Below are positions 9,069 through 18,883 of a DNA stretch of 64,000 nt, piece after piece; the stretch's first letter is position 1; every line of letters starts with the position of its first letter. The notes under the pieces are model-generated. The model saw only the letters and a list, made by a program, of their open reading frames with translations. It was not told where the DNA came from and ran no database searches. Where the stretch lies: positions 1 through 64,000 of IMG/VR virus record IMGVR_UViG_2932588108_000002; one strand, given 5' to 3'. Made by a program: the position numbers and the translations under genes. The stretch comes from a virus (Duplodnaviria; Caudoviricetes).

Positions 9069-9977
9069 ATGCCCGCGCTGCCCAACGCCCTCGCCGCCGC
9101 CCACCGCGCCCGCACCATCGCCGCCATCGCCCGCACCCGCGCCACCTCCACCACCGTCGTCCTCGACGACACCGGCCGCGCCGCGCTCACCCAGATCGCC
9201 GAACTGCTCGACACCGCCGCGCACTCGCTGGAGACCGAGGAACCCAGCACCGTGGACGGCATCGTGATCACGAACACCATGGACTGGGACGCCTCGTACG
9301 CGCTGATCACCGCCTGCCACATCGCCGCCGCCAACCCCGCGATCGGCTTCCCGCCCCACTTCACGCAGTACGTCACCGCGCCGGTCTTCGGCAACGACAT
9401 CGAGCTGCCCCCGTCGCTGCTCCCCGGCGGCCCCGTGCTGATCGCCCAGGAAGGCGACCTGTTCGCCCGACTCCTCGCCCTGCACGGCCACTACCTCGCC
9501 ATCACCGTCCCGCAGGAAGACCCGGAGAGCATCACCGCCGCGCTCGAAGCCGCGTTCACCCTGCACTGGAAGCACGCCCGCCTCGCTGAGGCCGTGGCCG
9601 TCGACGCTGCCCGCCCGTGCAAGCAGCCCACCGTCGAGCCCGCGCCGCTCGACCTCACCGGCCTCACCCCGTACACCGTCGGCGTCATCCGGCTCGCCGA
9701 GAGCAAGGGACTCCACCCGACCTGGGCCGGTCCCGGCTACCGCAACGTCACCCGCCGGATCAGCCTCAATGCGGGCGGCCAGCACGGCACGTTCGGCACC
9801 ATCCACATCGGCCGGAGAAGCGGCAAGGTGCTCCGCATCGAGCTGATCCACGGCAACGACGGCACTCCCACGCGCGCTGAGGGCGCCAAGGCCGCCCGTG
9901 CGCTCCTCAAGGCCGCGCACGTCCACGCCTGCCCCGACGACTGCACCGCCCCCTCCACGGCCACCTGCCGCCCGTAG
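9069..9977 (+). CDS. Hypothetical protein
   Basis: 302-aa ORF, GGAGA RBS, high GC3. Confidence 0.75.
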   Translation: MPALPNALAAAHRARTIAAIARTRATSTTVVLDDTGRAALTQIAELLDTAAHSLETEEPSTVDGIVITNTMDWDASYALITACHIAAANPAIGFPPHFTQYVTAPVFGNDIELPPSLLPGGPVLIAQEGDLFARLLALHGHYLAITVPQEDPESITAALEAAFTLHWKHARLAEAVAVDAARPCKQPTVEPAPLDLTGLTPYTVGVIRLAESKGLHPTWAGPGYRNVTRRISLNAGGQHGTFGTIHIGRRSGKVLRIELIHGNDGTPTRAEGAKAARALLKAAHVHACPDDCTAPSTATCRP

Positions 9978-10161
9978 GCGCCCCCGCTGCGCGGGACGCG
10001 ACGCAAGCCGCCCCCGCCCGGCCCACGGTCACACCCCCCGCTGCGCCCCGGGGCCCGGACGTACGAGCCGCCCCGGGGCGCGACGCAAGCACCACTCGCA
10101 TGACCAGATCACCCGGCCGGAGAGCACCGCGCCGGACCCGCCCGAACGAAGGAACACCCCA

Positions 10162-10992
10162 GTGACCCTGTCCGCCGTCACCCCCGCCGAGATCGCTGCC
10201 CCGCTCGCCGCGCTTCTGCCCGCCCGCCGGGGCGCCCGCTGGACGGTCGGCCCGGCCCCGTACGGCATCCGCAACAACGTCCCCACGTCCCGGCTCACGA
10301 ACGGCCGTCGCGCCCTGATCGTCGCCGAGGAAGCGGGACGCATCGAGGTCTTCGCCGACCGGCCCGGCGCGTTCGCCGTCACCCCCGACGTGGTGGTCGA
10401 CGCGACCGACCCGGCGCCCGCCCTCACCCTCGCCGCGCGCGTGCTGCGTTCCGTCCTCCCCGCCCTTGACGCCGACGAGATCCGGGAGACCGCCCGCGCG
10501 AAGGGTTGGGACCAGGTCCTCTCCGACCGCGCGACGGAGCTGCTGGAAGTCGGCTTCTCGCTCATCGACCACGGCGCCCATGCCGTTCCGGCTGAGGGCG
10601 TGAACGGGCCCGGCCTGATGTGGACGGCCGACAGCGGCGGCACCTGGGGCCTGTGGGTGTACGGCCTGAACCGGAACCTCGTGCTGACGTACGACGGGCC
10701 CGTGCGTGGCCTGTACGGCTTCCTGCCGGTCGTCGTCACCCCGTACGCCGGACACGCCGAAGACCACGCCGGGAGCGCCTTCACCCGGAACCTCACCGAC
10801 CGGCTTCCGCAGCTCCGCCCGGTCGACGACGGCGAGGTCCAGTTCGGCGCTCGCCGAGAGCCCTCCGGCTGGATCGCGCTCCCCACCGCCGACGAGCCGA
10901 CCGACCGCGCCGACGACGACCGGCGCGTGGTCGCCGAGATCAGCGGTATCGGCGTCGACCTGCTGCTCACCACCGTCGCGTACCTGGTCTGA
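10162..10992 (+). CDS. Hypothetical protein, paralog of the next gene
   Basis: GTG after the leader element at 10113-10160; shares LAALLP..G..WTV.P and VLR.VLP.LD with 11060-11917. Confidence 0.75.
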   Translation: MTLSAVTPAEIAAPLAALLPARRGARWTVGPAPYGIRNNVPTSRLTNGRRALIVAEEAGRIEVFADRPGAFAVTPDVVVDATDPAPALTLAARVLRSVLPALDADEIRETARAKGWDQVLSDRATELLEVGFSLIDHGAHAVPAEGVNGPGLMWTADSGGTWGLWVYGLNRNLVLTYDGPVRGLYGFLPVVVTPYAGHAEDHAGSAFTRNLTDRLPQLRPVDDGEVQFGARREPSGWIALPTADEPTDRADDDRRVVAEISGIGVDLLLTTVAYLV

Positions 10993-11059
10993 CCCCCTCC
11001 CGCCCGGCCGCGCTCCCGGACTGCTCCCGGGGGCGCGGCCCCCTCGAAAGGCCCTTGCC

Positions 11060-11917
11060 ATGACCCCGATCGCCACCGCCCCCGCCCGCCCCGGCTGCCC
11101 CGCCCAGACCCTCGCCGGACGCATCGCCGCCTTCCTCCCGGAGCGGGCCGGCATTCCGTGGACTGTCGAGCCCTACGACGCGTGGTGGACCGCCCGGTAC
11201 CCCGCCGCCCGCCTCGTTCAGGGTGGCCGCGCCCTGGTCCTGGTCGCGCGCACCTGGGACACGCAGATCGGCTGGCAGCTCCCCGACCGCGAGCCGACCC
11301 GGCCCGATCTCCAGCTCGAGAGCGTTAGTCCGGCCGTCATCGCGCGGGAGGTGCTGCGCCTGGTCCTGCCCGTCCTCGACGACGAGGCCGCCGGACGCGC
11401 CGCCGCCGACGGACCGCGCGTGATGGGGCGGCTGGAGCTGCTTGACGAGATCGGGCACGCGATGCGTCTGCAGGGCGTGGCGACGTACAACCGGATCGGT
11501 CTCCTGGCGAACACGTCCACCCTGGCGTGGGGTGCGCCGTCCGGCGCCCGGTACTCCGTCACCCTGCACGGCACGAACCCCGTGGCCGACGTCCAGATAC
11601 AGGGCCCGGTGCGCGCCGTCGAGAAGGCCGTGACCTACTTCCTGCCCCCGGCCGCCGACGGGCGCCCCGAGATCCCCCGCGTCCGCGGACGTCTGCAGCG
11701 CCGCCTGGCCGCCGTCCTCGCCCGGCACGGGCACGTCGAGCAGACCGAGCAGGGCGGACTCGCGTTCAGCACCGGCCGCGGCCCCGGGCCGTACGGGTAC
11801 GCCGCGCCCGCCCTCGACCCCGTGTCCCGCGCGCACGACACGACCCCGGCGTCCGTCGACCTCCACGGCCTCGGCGCGGACTTCCTGATCTCCCTCGCCC
11901 CGCAGCTCTGCCGCTGA
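11060..11917 (+). CDS. Hypothetical protein, paralog of the previous gene
   Basis: IAAFLPERAGIPWTVEP...GGRALVLV...VLRLVLPVLDDE. Confidence 0.75.
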   Translation: MTPIATAPARPGCPAQTLAGRIAAFLPERAGIPWTVEPYDAWWTARYPAARLVQGGRALVLVARTWDTQIGWQLPDREPTRPDLQLESVSPAVIAREVLRLVLPVLDDEAAGRAAADGPRVMGRLELLDEIGHAMRLQGVATYNRIGLLANTSTLAWGAPSGARYSVTLHGTNPVADVQIQGPVRAVEKAVTYFLPPAADGRPEIPRVRGRLQRRLAAVLARHGHVEQTEQGGLAFSTGRGPGPYGYAAPALDPVSRAHDTTPASVDLHGLGADFLISLAPQLCR

Positions 11918-11977
11918 CCGCCCGGCGTCCCGAGGCCGGCCTCGGGACGGACCCCACCCCTGGAAGGACACACCACG

Positions 11978-12862
11978 TTGTCTGAGTTCACCGTGATCGC
12001 AACGAACTTGGCCACCGGTCAGAAGTTCACGCTCACCGGCAGCGGAGACGAGACCGCCGATCGCGTAATGGAACGCGCCGCTCGGGAGGGGGACCTTCCT
12101 GGCGTCGACGGCGGGCTGCCGACCAGCCTCATGTGGACGGAAGTCGTCGACGGGTATGAGTGGCGCCGCCTGCCCAAGTCTGGCCACCGCCCCGGCGAGG
12201 ACCCGCTGCCCGCCGAGCGCCTGGAGGAGATCCGCGCCGCGGCCGACTCGTCGCCAGAGCTGCGCGACCTGCTCGGTGAGCTGGACCGCATCCGCCCCCT
12301 GTTCGACTCCACACTCGAGGCGAACGGCGTCCTCCTGGACCAGTGGGCCCGGTACGCGGGCGTGGCCCCGCACCCGTTCCTCGGCGTGTTCTGCCGTACG
12401 TGCCGCACGGAGGTGAAGCCCGGCGAGGAGGGATGCCCGCGGCACGACCCGACGGTGATCGGGCGCGCCCTGTACCGGATGCACGAGGAGAACCGGACGC
12501 TCCTGGACGAGGAGGAGGCGGGCCGCCGCGCGGTCGCGATGCTGGACGCCGCTCTGCCGCTGCTCGCCGCGGTGCTGAACCCGGTGGTGGACCACAAGGA
12601 GGGGTGCCGCCCGCACGACTGCCGGTGTGGCTGCGACCGTCGGCAGACCTGCCAGGACTGCTACCGGTGCGTGTGCTGGCGGTCGGAGTGCTGCGCGGAG
12701 AAGGCGATCCGGTGGCGTGCCGAGATGGATTGGGAGCGGCTGAGCGCCGAGGCCGGCCTCGGGGCCGAGGGGTCCGCCGAGGAGGGTCCGCGGTGCGCGG
12801 TGTGCCTGACCCCGATCGCCGAGCACGCCGGGCGGCACTGCCAGACCAGCCCGACTGCCTGA
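11978..12862 (+). CDS. Cys-rich, probably zinc-binding hypothetical protein
   Basis: CRTC..CPRH, HDCRCGCDRRQTCQDCYRCVCWRSECC and CAVC..H...HC clusters. Confidence 0.7.
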   Translation: MSEFTVIATNLATGQKFTLTGSGDETADRVMERAAREGDLPGVDGGLPTSLMWTEVVDGYEWRRLPKSGHRPGEDPLPAERLEEIRAAADSSPELRDLLGELDRIRPLFDSTLEANGVLLDQWARYAGVAPHPFLGVFCRTCRTEVKPGEEGCPRHDPTVIGRALYRMHEENRTLLDEEEAGRRAVAMLDAALPLLAAVLNPVVDHKEGCRPHDCRCGCDRRQTCQDCYRCVCWRSECCAEKAIRWRAEMDWERLSAEAGLGAEGSAEEGPRCAVCLTPIAEHAGRHCQTSPTA

Positions 12863-12920
12863 GCGGTGTGCCCGGCCCCAGACTGCTCGCCCGGGGCCAG
12901 GCGCACCGCCACGGCATTGG

Positions 12921-13045
12921 AGTGCAGCCGTGCGAGTTCACCCGGGTTTTTCCCTGCTCCCGCGGCACGCGAGTCTCATTGCTGTATTGTGCGTGGCGTT
13001 GGTGGAGAGCAGCCACCAACGAAGCCCGAACGAAGGACACCGCAG
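12921..13045 (+). promoter_or_regulatory. Early-type promoter module upstream of the C5 methyltransferase
   Basis: Inverted degenerate box 12921-12938, box 12971-12988, -10 TATTGT, hairpin CGTTGGTGG-AGAGCAG-CCACCAACG 12997-13021, tail GCCCGAACGAAGGACACC. Confidence 0.8.
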
Positions 13046-14374
13046 ATGAGGGACCTGCCCGCCAAGGTCAAGACCGCAATCCACGTCGCCACGCTCGCCC
13101 GCAAGGCCGGTCTGCCCATCCCCGCCAAGGTCCGCCCGATCCTCGAAGAGGCCGCCGCCCCGTGGCCCGCCGAGTGGCTGCTCGCCCCTCTCCCCGGCGA
13201 CCCGATCCGCGTCGTCGAGCTGTTCGCGGGCCCCGGCGGCTGGTCCGAGGGCATCGCCGCCGTCCTCGGCGTGGCCGTCGACTCCGTCGGCGTCGACATC
13301 TCCGAAGACGCCTGCGCCACCGCCCGCGCCGCCGGTCACCGCCGCATCTGCGCCGACATCACCACCCTGGACCCCGAGCACATCGCCCTGCGCCACACCC
13401 GCGCGGTCATCATCAGCCCGCCGTGCCCGACCTTCTCTCCGGCGGGCAAGCTCTCCGGCCTGGAGCAGGGCAACATCCAGCTCCTGTGCGACGCCATCGC
13501 CTACGTCGGCGAGGCCGCCGGGTTCATCCCCATGGAGTGGCACCACAACGACTACGACGACGAATGCGGCTGCGACCCCGACGCCCCGGACGGAAAGGGA
13601 TGCCACGGCGACGGCTTCGCCCCGCGCTCCGGCGCCACCTGGGACGAGGTCCGCGAGATGGCCGCCGACGTCAGCGACCCTCGCATCGCCCTGATGCTGG
13701 AGGTCGTCATCTGGCCCCTCGCCCTGCAGGCCGCCGGTGCGCCCATCCAGTGGATGGCCATGGAGCAGTCCAGCAACCTGCCCGAGGAGATCCTCGACGA
13801 CCTGTCGTGCGAGTTTTCCTGCGCCGAGTGGTTCTACACCAACCGCGAGATCCTGGAGGCCGCCGACTACGGCCTGCCCTCCCGCCGCAAGCGCGTCTAC
13901 ATGATCGCCTCCCGCCGCTACACCCCCACCGTCACCCGCCGCATCCGCCCGCTCCCCGCCACGACCATGGCCCAGGCCCTCGGCTGGCAGCCCGGCGAGC
14001 GCGTCAACACCCGCGGCAACCGCCCCGTCGACCCGAAGACCGGCCGCGCCAAGGGCGGCAACAGCTTCTCCGCCGACGGCCCGTCCTGGTGCCTCACCGG
14101 CAAGTCCCGCACCTGGAAGCGCGAGAGCGACGGCTACCGGCTCACCGAGGCGGAGGCCGGTCTCCTCGTCGGGTTCCGCCGCTCCTACCCATGGCAGGGC
14201 AGCCGCACTAGCGCCTTCCAGCAGGCCGCCGACGTCGTCTCACCGGTCATGGCCGCCATCGTCCTGTCCGGCATGTTCGGCGCCCTCGGCGAGGCTCTGA
14301 TCCGTGACTACCTCGCCCAGCTCTACGACATGGACGACATGCTCAGTCCAGACGACTACGAGCTGATCGGCTAA
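13046..14374 (+). CDS. DNA cytosine-5 methyltransferase (orphan)
   Basis: Motif I ELFAGPGG, catalytic SPPCPTFS, MEQ (motif VI variant), DYGLPSRRKR, RLTEAEAGLLVGF. Confidence 0.9.
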   Translation: MRDLPAKVKTAIHVATLARKAGLPIPAKVRPILEEAAAPWPAEWLLAPLPGDPIRVVELFAGPGGWSEGIAAVLGVAVDSVGVDISEDACATARAAGHRRICADITTLDPEHIALRHTRAVIISPPCPTFSPAGKLSGLEQGNIQLLCDAIAYVGEAAGFIPMEWHHNDYDDECGCDPDAPDGKGCHGDGFAPRSGATWDEVREMAADVSDPRIALMLEVVIWPLALQAAGAPIQWMAMEQSSNLPEEILDDLSCEFSCAEWFYTNREILEAADYGLPSRRKRVYMIASRRYTPTVTRRIRPLPATTMAQALGWQPGERVNTRGNRPVDPKTGRAKGGNSFSADGPSWCLTGKSRTWKRESDGYRLTEAEAGLLVGFRRSYPWQGSRTSAFQQAADVVSPVMAAIVLSGMFGALGEALIRDYLAQLYDMDDMLSPDDYELIG

Positions 14375-14445
14375 CCCCCAGCGCGCCCGGCCCCCGCCCC
14401 CGCGGAGGCCGGGCGTTGTCGTTGGCTCGAACTAGGCTCCGAACC

Positions 14446-14901
14446 ATGAGCACCCCTGCCCCTGCCCCCGTCACGGAGGACACCAGCGCCCCCCCGGCCG
14501 GCCGCGACCGAACCGGCCCCGTTCGACCCGCACGACTTCCCCGCCGACCTGCGCGCCGCCCAGCGCACGGCCGCCGAGCTGTACGCCGCGCCCCACGCCC
14601 ACCAGAAGACCCTTCCATGGTCCCGTGAGCCACGCCCGCGCTGGACGGAGGAGACGGAGCGGGGACGGGAGCGCCGCGGGCGGCCGCGTCGCCCGGCTGG
14701 ACACCCGAGGAGGCTGCCGAGTACGACCGGTTGTTCGAGGCCCCTACGGGAGGCCACCGCCGCCGTGCAGTGCCACCCATGGTGGGAGCACTGCAAGAAG
14801 GAAGGGATCAAGGGCGCTGACCTGGTCGCCGCCCGGCGGGCACTCAAGCACGCCAAAGGCGTCGTTCCCCTGGTCCGCGACGACGTCGACGTCGCCGCCT
14901 G
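14446..14901 (+). pseudogene. Frameshifted conserved Streptomyces hypothetical gene
   Basis: Coding pieces in different frames: DFPADLRAAQ..., GWTPEEAAEYDRL, HPWWEHCK...VAARRALKHA. Leaderless start 7 nt after TAGGCT. Confidence 0.55.
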
Positions 14902-15104
14902 ATCAGCTACCTGCCGTCGAACGCCCTTGCGGCCCCCTCTGCGCCCGGCGAGGCCGCGCCTGCGGTATTCCCTCTGCCGTGTCGGGGCGCCGGTAAGAAC
15001 CGTGTCGCCAGCCGCAAACGACGGCCACGCACGGGCTGACCACGCTCGCCGATTCACCCGAAACGATCCCTTGTCGGGCGACCCGTCGTTTCCCCCTCTA
15101 GGTT

Positions 15105-15518
15105 TTGGTCATGGACAGGGAGCCGCCGCCGTTGCCACAGCCGGGGTCTGGTCGGCGGCGCCACAAGATCAAGACCTCCCTGTACAAGTGGTGGTACCGC
15201 CCTCTCTTCATCTGGTTCAGGAAGAGTGCCTTCTGGGCCTTCCTGTTCAGCACGGTTCTGTACCTGCTGACGGCCTGGTCCCTTGATTCGTTGGATTGCG
15301 CAGCCCAGTTCATGATCGGATACCTGAATCCGTTCAATCCGCCTCTGTCGCTTAACCCTGGCCAGCAAGCACTGGTCATCGCGCTCCGCGTCGTCGGTTG
15401 GCTTCTGGTCCCTGCGACAGTGGGCGCAACAGCCGGTCTCGTGTCTGCGGAACTGATGAGGCGCTATTTCAACCAGCCTCACCCGGCGGAATCTCAAGGA
15501 GGCCCGCCCAGTGAGTGA
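15105..15518 (+). CDS. Two-TM membrane protein (DUF6313-like)
   Basis: Two hydrophobic helices flanking AQFMIGYLNP; GWLLVPA.VG..AG. Confidence 0.65.
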   Translation: MVMDREPPPLPQPGSGRRRHKIKTSLYKWWYRPLFIWFRKSAFWAFLFSTVLYLLTAWSLDSLDCAAQFMIGYLNPFNPPLSLNPGQQALVIALRVVGWLLVPATVGATAGLVSAELMRRYFNQPHPAESQGGPPSE

Positions 15519-15762
15519 CGTTTTCGCCATGCGGGGGTGGCCGGACGAACTTCTGATCTGCCAACTCTTCTACGAGATTCACGAATGGGATGATGACCGC
15601 ACGCAGGACCACTTCCTGAAGATCTTTTACAAGCTGCTCTGGCAGGTGAAGACCGTCTACGACGCTGCCGACCGCGACGCCACGTGCAGGCGCGAGGTTC
15701 TCAGCTTCATCGACAAGGTAATCTTCGGCTCCTCGCGCGGAAAGTGCCCGTTCTGTAGCTGA
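15511..15762 (+). CDS. Small hypothetical protein with terminal CPFC
   Basis: Overlaps the upstream stop; lies inside the cassette. Confidence 0.6.
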   Translation: MSDVFAMRGWPDELLICQLFYEIHEWDDDRTQDHFLKIFYKLLWQVKTVYDAADRDATCRREVLSFIDKVIFGSSRGKCPFCS

Positions 15763-15778
15763 GCAGTACCGTGGAGGT

Positions 15779-15994
15779 GTGGTGCAGTTGAAGCCGAAGT
15801 CCAAGAGCCGCGAGCCCCTTACGCCTGAGGAGAAGAACAAGGTCGAGGGGCTACTTGGCGATCCGGAGACGCGTGCCATGTTCGCCGCTGCGCGCCCTGG
15901 AGCCTCCGACGAAGAGCTTCGCGAAGTCGCTGAGGATTTCGTACGAGACGTTACTGAGAGGAATGCCGCAGCGACGGGAAGTGCGGCCGACTGA
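15779..15994 (+). CDS. Small hypothetical protein
   Basis: GGAGGT RBS; lies inside the cassette. Confidence 0.55.
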   Translation: MVQLKPKSKSREPLTPEEKNKVEGLLGDPETRAMFAAARPGASDEELREVAEDFVRDVTERNAAATGSAAD

Positions 15995-16109
15995 TCGAGC
16001 TTGACCTTCGGACGCCAAGACGTCCCCCCTTGCTCGGGTCGGCCTCCTCGATACTCACCTGGTGAAACCGCCGCAAGATCACCGCCGTTTGCGGCTGGTG
16101 ACAGCGTTC

Positions 16110-16427
16110 TTACCGGCTCACCCGTATCCCATCGGTGTTCCTGGACGGCGCCGAGCCGCTTCCGTGTGCTTTCCGCAACCCGGGCTGCGGCCACTGGTAC
16201 GTGCGGATCGTGACCATTGTGTCGCCGCGTAGGTCCACCTCGACCTGGTAGCGCACGCTGCCGTCCGCCCAGTTCTGCCGCGCCATGACCCGCGCGGACC
16301 GCCAGGCCCCGGCCGACCACACCTTCAGCGACGGACGATCGGCGTTCGGCCACGTCCACACCTCTGGCTTGGGCCCGTCCTCGGGGCGCCACGGGCGGGC
16401 CGCTTCTGGCTCCGGGATCGTGCTCAT
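16110..16427 (-). CDS. Hypothetical protein whose 3' end is supplied by the cassette IR
   Basis: Leaderless-type start after TACAGT; the stop codon lies inside IRR. Confidence 0.65.
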   Translation of the reverse strand: MSTIPEPEAARPWRPEDGPKPEVWTWPNADRPSLKVWSAGAWRSARVMARQNWADGSVRYQVEVDLRGDTMVTIRTYQWPQPGLRKAHGSGSAPSRNTDGIRVSR

Positions 16428-16538
16428 GCCTCCGACTGTAGACGGCACGCTCCGGGCGCCTGCCAGGCAGGACGCGACGCAAGCCCTTCCTGGCCTCCAC
16501 CATCCGCGGCCTCATCTCTCCACCTGGAAGGCCGCGCC

Positions 16539-16913
16539 GTGAAGCCCAAGCCCCCGTCCGACGACCGCCAGTCTCGCCTGATCATCTCCGTGGCGGTCGG
16601 TGTGATCGTGCTCGCCCTGGTGATCCTGGTTGCGCTCCTGGTCGACCACGCCGTCGACGACGACAGCGACAGCAGCCCCGGCCGCTGCGCCCCCGCCCTC
16701 GCGGGCACCGTGGACCCCGTGACGTGCCAGCCGTACGGCGGGATACCCGCGGGCACGACCAACTCCTCGAAGACCGGCAGCACCGCTAGGAAGCCCGCCG
16801 TGCCCGCGCCGAAGGCGCCCGCTGCCAAGGCCCCGGCTGCCCCGAAGGCCCCGGCTCCTGCGGCACCGAAGGCGCCCGCAGCCCCGCCGCGGATCTCCCT
16901 GGGCAAGCGGTGA
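16539..16913 (+). CDS. Single-TM protein with Pro/Ala/Lys-rich tail
   Basis: TM LIISVAVGVIVLALVILVALLV and APKAP repeats; GCGAC-class promoter at 16474-16503. Confidence 0.7.
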   Translation: MKPKPPSDDRQSRLIISVAVGVIVLALVILVALLVDHAVDDDSDSSPGRCAPALAGTVDPVTCQPYGGIPAGTTNSSKTGSTARKPAVPAPKAPAAKAPAAPKAPAPAAPKAPAAPPRISLGKR

Positions 16914-17053
16914 CCGCCCGCGAGTGCGGGTGGCACCTCGGCCTCTGCACCGGATGCGAGCTGTGCCCCACCCCTCAGCCAGCCAGCGCACGACACAAGC
17001 CCCTCGTGGCGGACACCGTCCGCGGGCCCAGTTCCCGTACGGAAGGACCCGCC

Positions 17054-17437
17054 GTGTCAGACCCCGCCCCCTGCAGCTCCCCGTGTTCGGCTGCGCTGGA
17101 CCCCGCCGAGCTCATCTCGGACGGCACCTGCCGCACCTGCGTGCGCTACAGCCGCGCGATCCTGGCCCTGCTCCTGGTCAACCTCCTCGTCACGGTCGTG
17201 TTCGGCGTGCTCGGTGTTGTCCGGGACGGCTCGTCGGCGAAGTCCGACCCGAAGCCGTCGCCCACCGCAACGCGTACGCCGAGCCCCAGCGCCCCGACTC
17301 CGTCCGGCGGCTCAACGTCCGGCGGCTCGACGCCAACCCCGACCATGCCCTCGGACCCGACCGACGGGGCGTGCAACATCTTCGACCCCGAGTGCCCCGG
17401 CACCACGGGCGGCAGCTCCGGCGGTAGCGAGGCGTAG
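17054..17437 (+). CDS. Single-TM protein with Pro/Ser/Thr-rich tail
   Basis: TM ILALLLVNLLVTVVFGVLGVV; promoter-like motif at 16990-17019; GAAGGA RBS. Confidence 0.7.
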   Translation: MSDPAPCSSPCSAALDPAELISDGTCRTCVRYSRAILALLLVNLLVTVVFGVLGVVRDGSSAKSDPKPSPTATRTPSPSAPTPSGGSTSGGSTPTPTMPSDPTDGACNIFDPECPGTTGGSSGGSEA

Positions 17438-17780
17438 CCCCTCACCCGCTCCACCCGCGCCCCGGTCGCACGACTCCGCGACCGGGGCGCAGCCGTACCC
17501 GGCACCCCGCGGCCGGCCAGGCGGTGACCCCGGCCCGGTGCGGTCGTTGGTCCTGGTGGCGCGGGCTGTTGTTTGCCTCCCCGTGAACGCCGCGCCCGCG
17601 GGGCCCCACGTCATGGCGCCGATCGGGGCCCCGCGAGGGACACGTGATCGACGTCTCAACGCCTGACCTGCGGTTTCCCCGGACGTAAGCCCTCCGCGGC
17701 CGGCACGGTGCGCCGTCACCCGGGACACGTCCCGCGGCCGCCGCCCGGCGGCCCCCTGACCTGGGCAGACGGGAGGACAT

Positions 17781-18254
17781 GTGCAGCCACACGTCACACA
17801 GGCACTCGATTGCTGGTACGGGGCATGGGAGCTTCACCAGGAGACCGCTCAGGAAGCCTTCACCGCGGCGTTCCCCGCCCTGAACCCCGCCGACCGCTGC
17901 CAGTGCTTCGGGCCGACGCTGCGCTGGGTGACGCCCGGAGAGGGGCAGGGGAAGGTGTGCCTCGACGACCACGGGCGCGCCACGATCGAGTTCGAGAACG
18001 TCCCGAAGGAGGCCGTGGGCGCCGCCATGACGGAGTGCTGGGGCGCCGACTGGTTCGACGAGGGTCCCGGCGGGTTCGCTGAGGCGGAGCCCGGCCAGTA
18101 CCACTACGAGGACGAGCAGACCTACAGCGAGTACGAGTTCGACGTGAACGCCGACGGCACCGTCACGTTCGGGATCTCCTACGTGAAGGTCGACGACATC
18201 GTGACGATGCTCGACGCGCTCGAGCGGGCGCTTTCCGGATACCGCACCGCCTGA
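17781..18254 (+). CDS. Acidic hypothetical protein
   Basis: GGAGGA RBS; promoter-like motif at 17680-17709. Confidence 0.7.
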   Translation: MQPHVTQALDCWYGAWELHQETAQEAFTAAFPALNPADRCQCFGPTLRWVTPGEGQGKVCLDDHGRATIEFENVPKEAVGAAMTECWGADWFDEGPGGFAEAEPGQYHYEDEQTYSEYEFDVNADGTVTFGISYVKVDDIVTMLDALERALSGYRTA

Positions 18255-18317
18255 CCGGGGGAAGCGAGGGAGACGCGACCGCGGCCGCCGGATTCACTAT
18301 CAGGAGTGCCGCGAACC

Positions 18318-18359
18318 GGCGGGGCGGCGTGGAGAGGGGTTTCTCCACGCCGCCCCGCC
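18318..18359. terminator. Perfect 18-bp stem-loop, likely terminator
   Basis: GGCGGGGCGGCGTGGAGA-GGGGTT-TCTCCACGCCGCCCCGCC downstream of 17781-18254. Confidence 0.65.
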
Positions 18360-18743
18360 CCTCAGATCATCAGAGGTTGACCTCGACCTTGATCTGCAGA
18401 CACGTTCCGGCGGTGATGAGCGGGCCGCCGACGAAGGGGAAGCCGGTGAAGCACAGGGCGACCCCGGAGCCGACGCAGAGAGCGGAGAATCCGAGCTGAC
18501 ACCAGCCGAACGCCCCCTCGGAACGCCTCCTGCTCACGGAGACGATGGGCTGGTGCTGTGCCGGATCTGCTGGGGTACCGTCGTTGGTAGTCAGGATGGA
18601 CCACCTCTTTCCTGTAGGCGCAGGCCCAGGGCAGTTCTGCTTGCCGGCTCTCTGCCCGGGGCCTGCGGGACTTCTACGGCTGGAGGGTTCCAGCTCGTGA
18701 GATCCATGGTGCGCGGGCTTGACAGGCCCTCGGGGTACACTGG

Positions 18744-18858
18744 GCTACGGATTGATCCGCATGCGTTGAGTCTCAGGTAAATAGAGCTGAAACCAGATAG
18801 ATGACAACTGGACTAGTAACCCGACATGCGGATCAATCGGTAGCGGATAAACCGTAGC
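18744..18858. repeat. 20-bp inverted repeat around an AT-richer spacer, plus a partial third copy
   Basis: GCTACGGATTGATCCGCATG (18744-18763) vs CATGCGGATCAATCGGTAGC (18825-18844), 19/20; GCGGATAAACCGTAGC at 18843-18858. Confidence 0.8.
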
Positions 18859-18883
18859 AGTTTTTTTTGAGGAGGCCGGGGCT

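Larger units (their letters stand above)
14989..16117. mobile_element. Non-autonomous 1.1-kb cassette bounded by 36-bp imperfect inverted repeats
   Basis: IRL GCCGGTAAGAACCGTGTCGCCAGCCGCAAACGACGG 14989-15024 and IRR 16082-16117 match at 32/36. Interior is lower GC with three ORFs and no transposase. Confidence 0.75.

Noticed and set aside
9998-10109. GCGACGCAAG copies at 9998 and 10080 (also GCGAC at about 24480 and 36193) as full GCGAC-class promoters
   Set aside because: The spacer is 20 nt or there is no CAnnnT at 18 nt; excluded from the count, though they may be weak variants.
3552-13045. Repeated leader/box elements as a CRISPR array
   Set aside because: Copies are dispersed, on both strands and separated by whole genes; there are no regular spacers and no cas genes.
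16790-16890. APKAP-encoding nucleotide repeats as a DNA repeat element
   Set aside because: Explained by a low-complexity protein tail.
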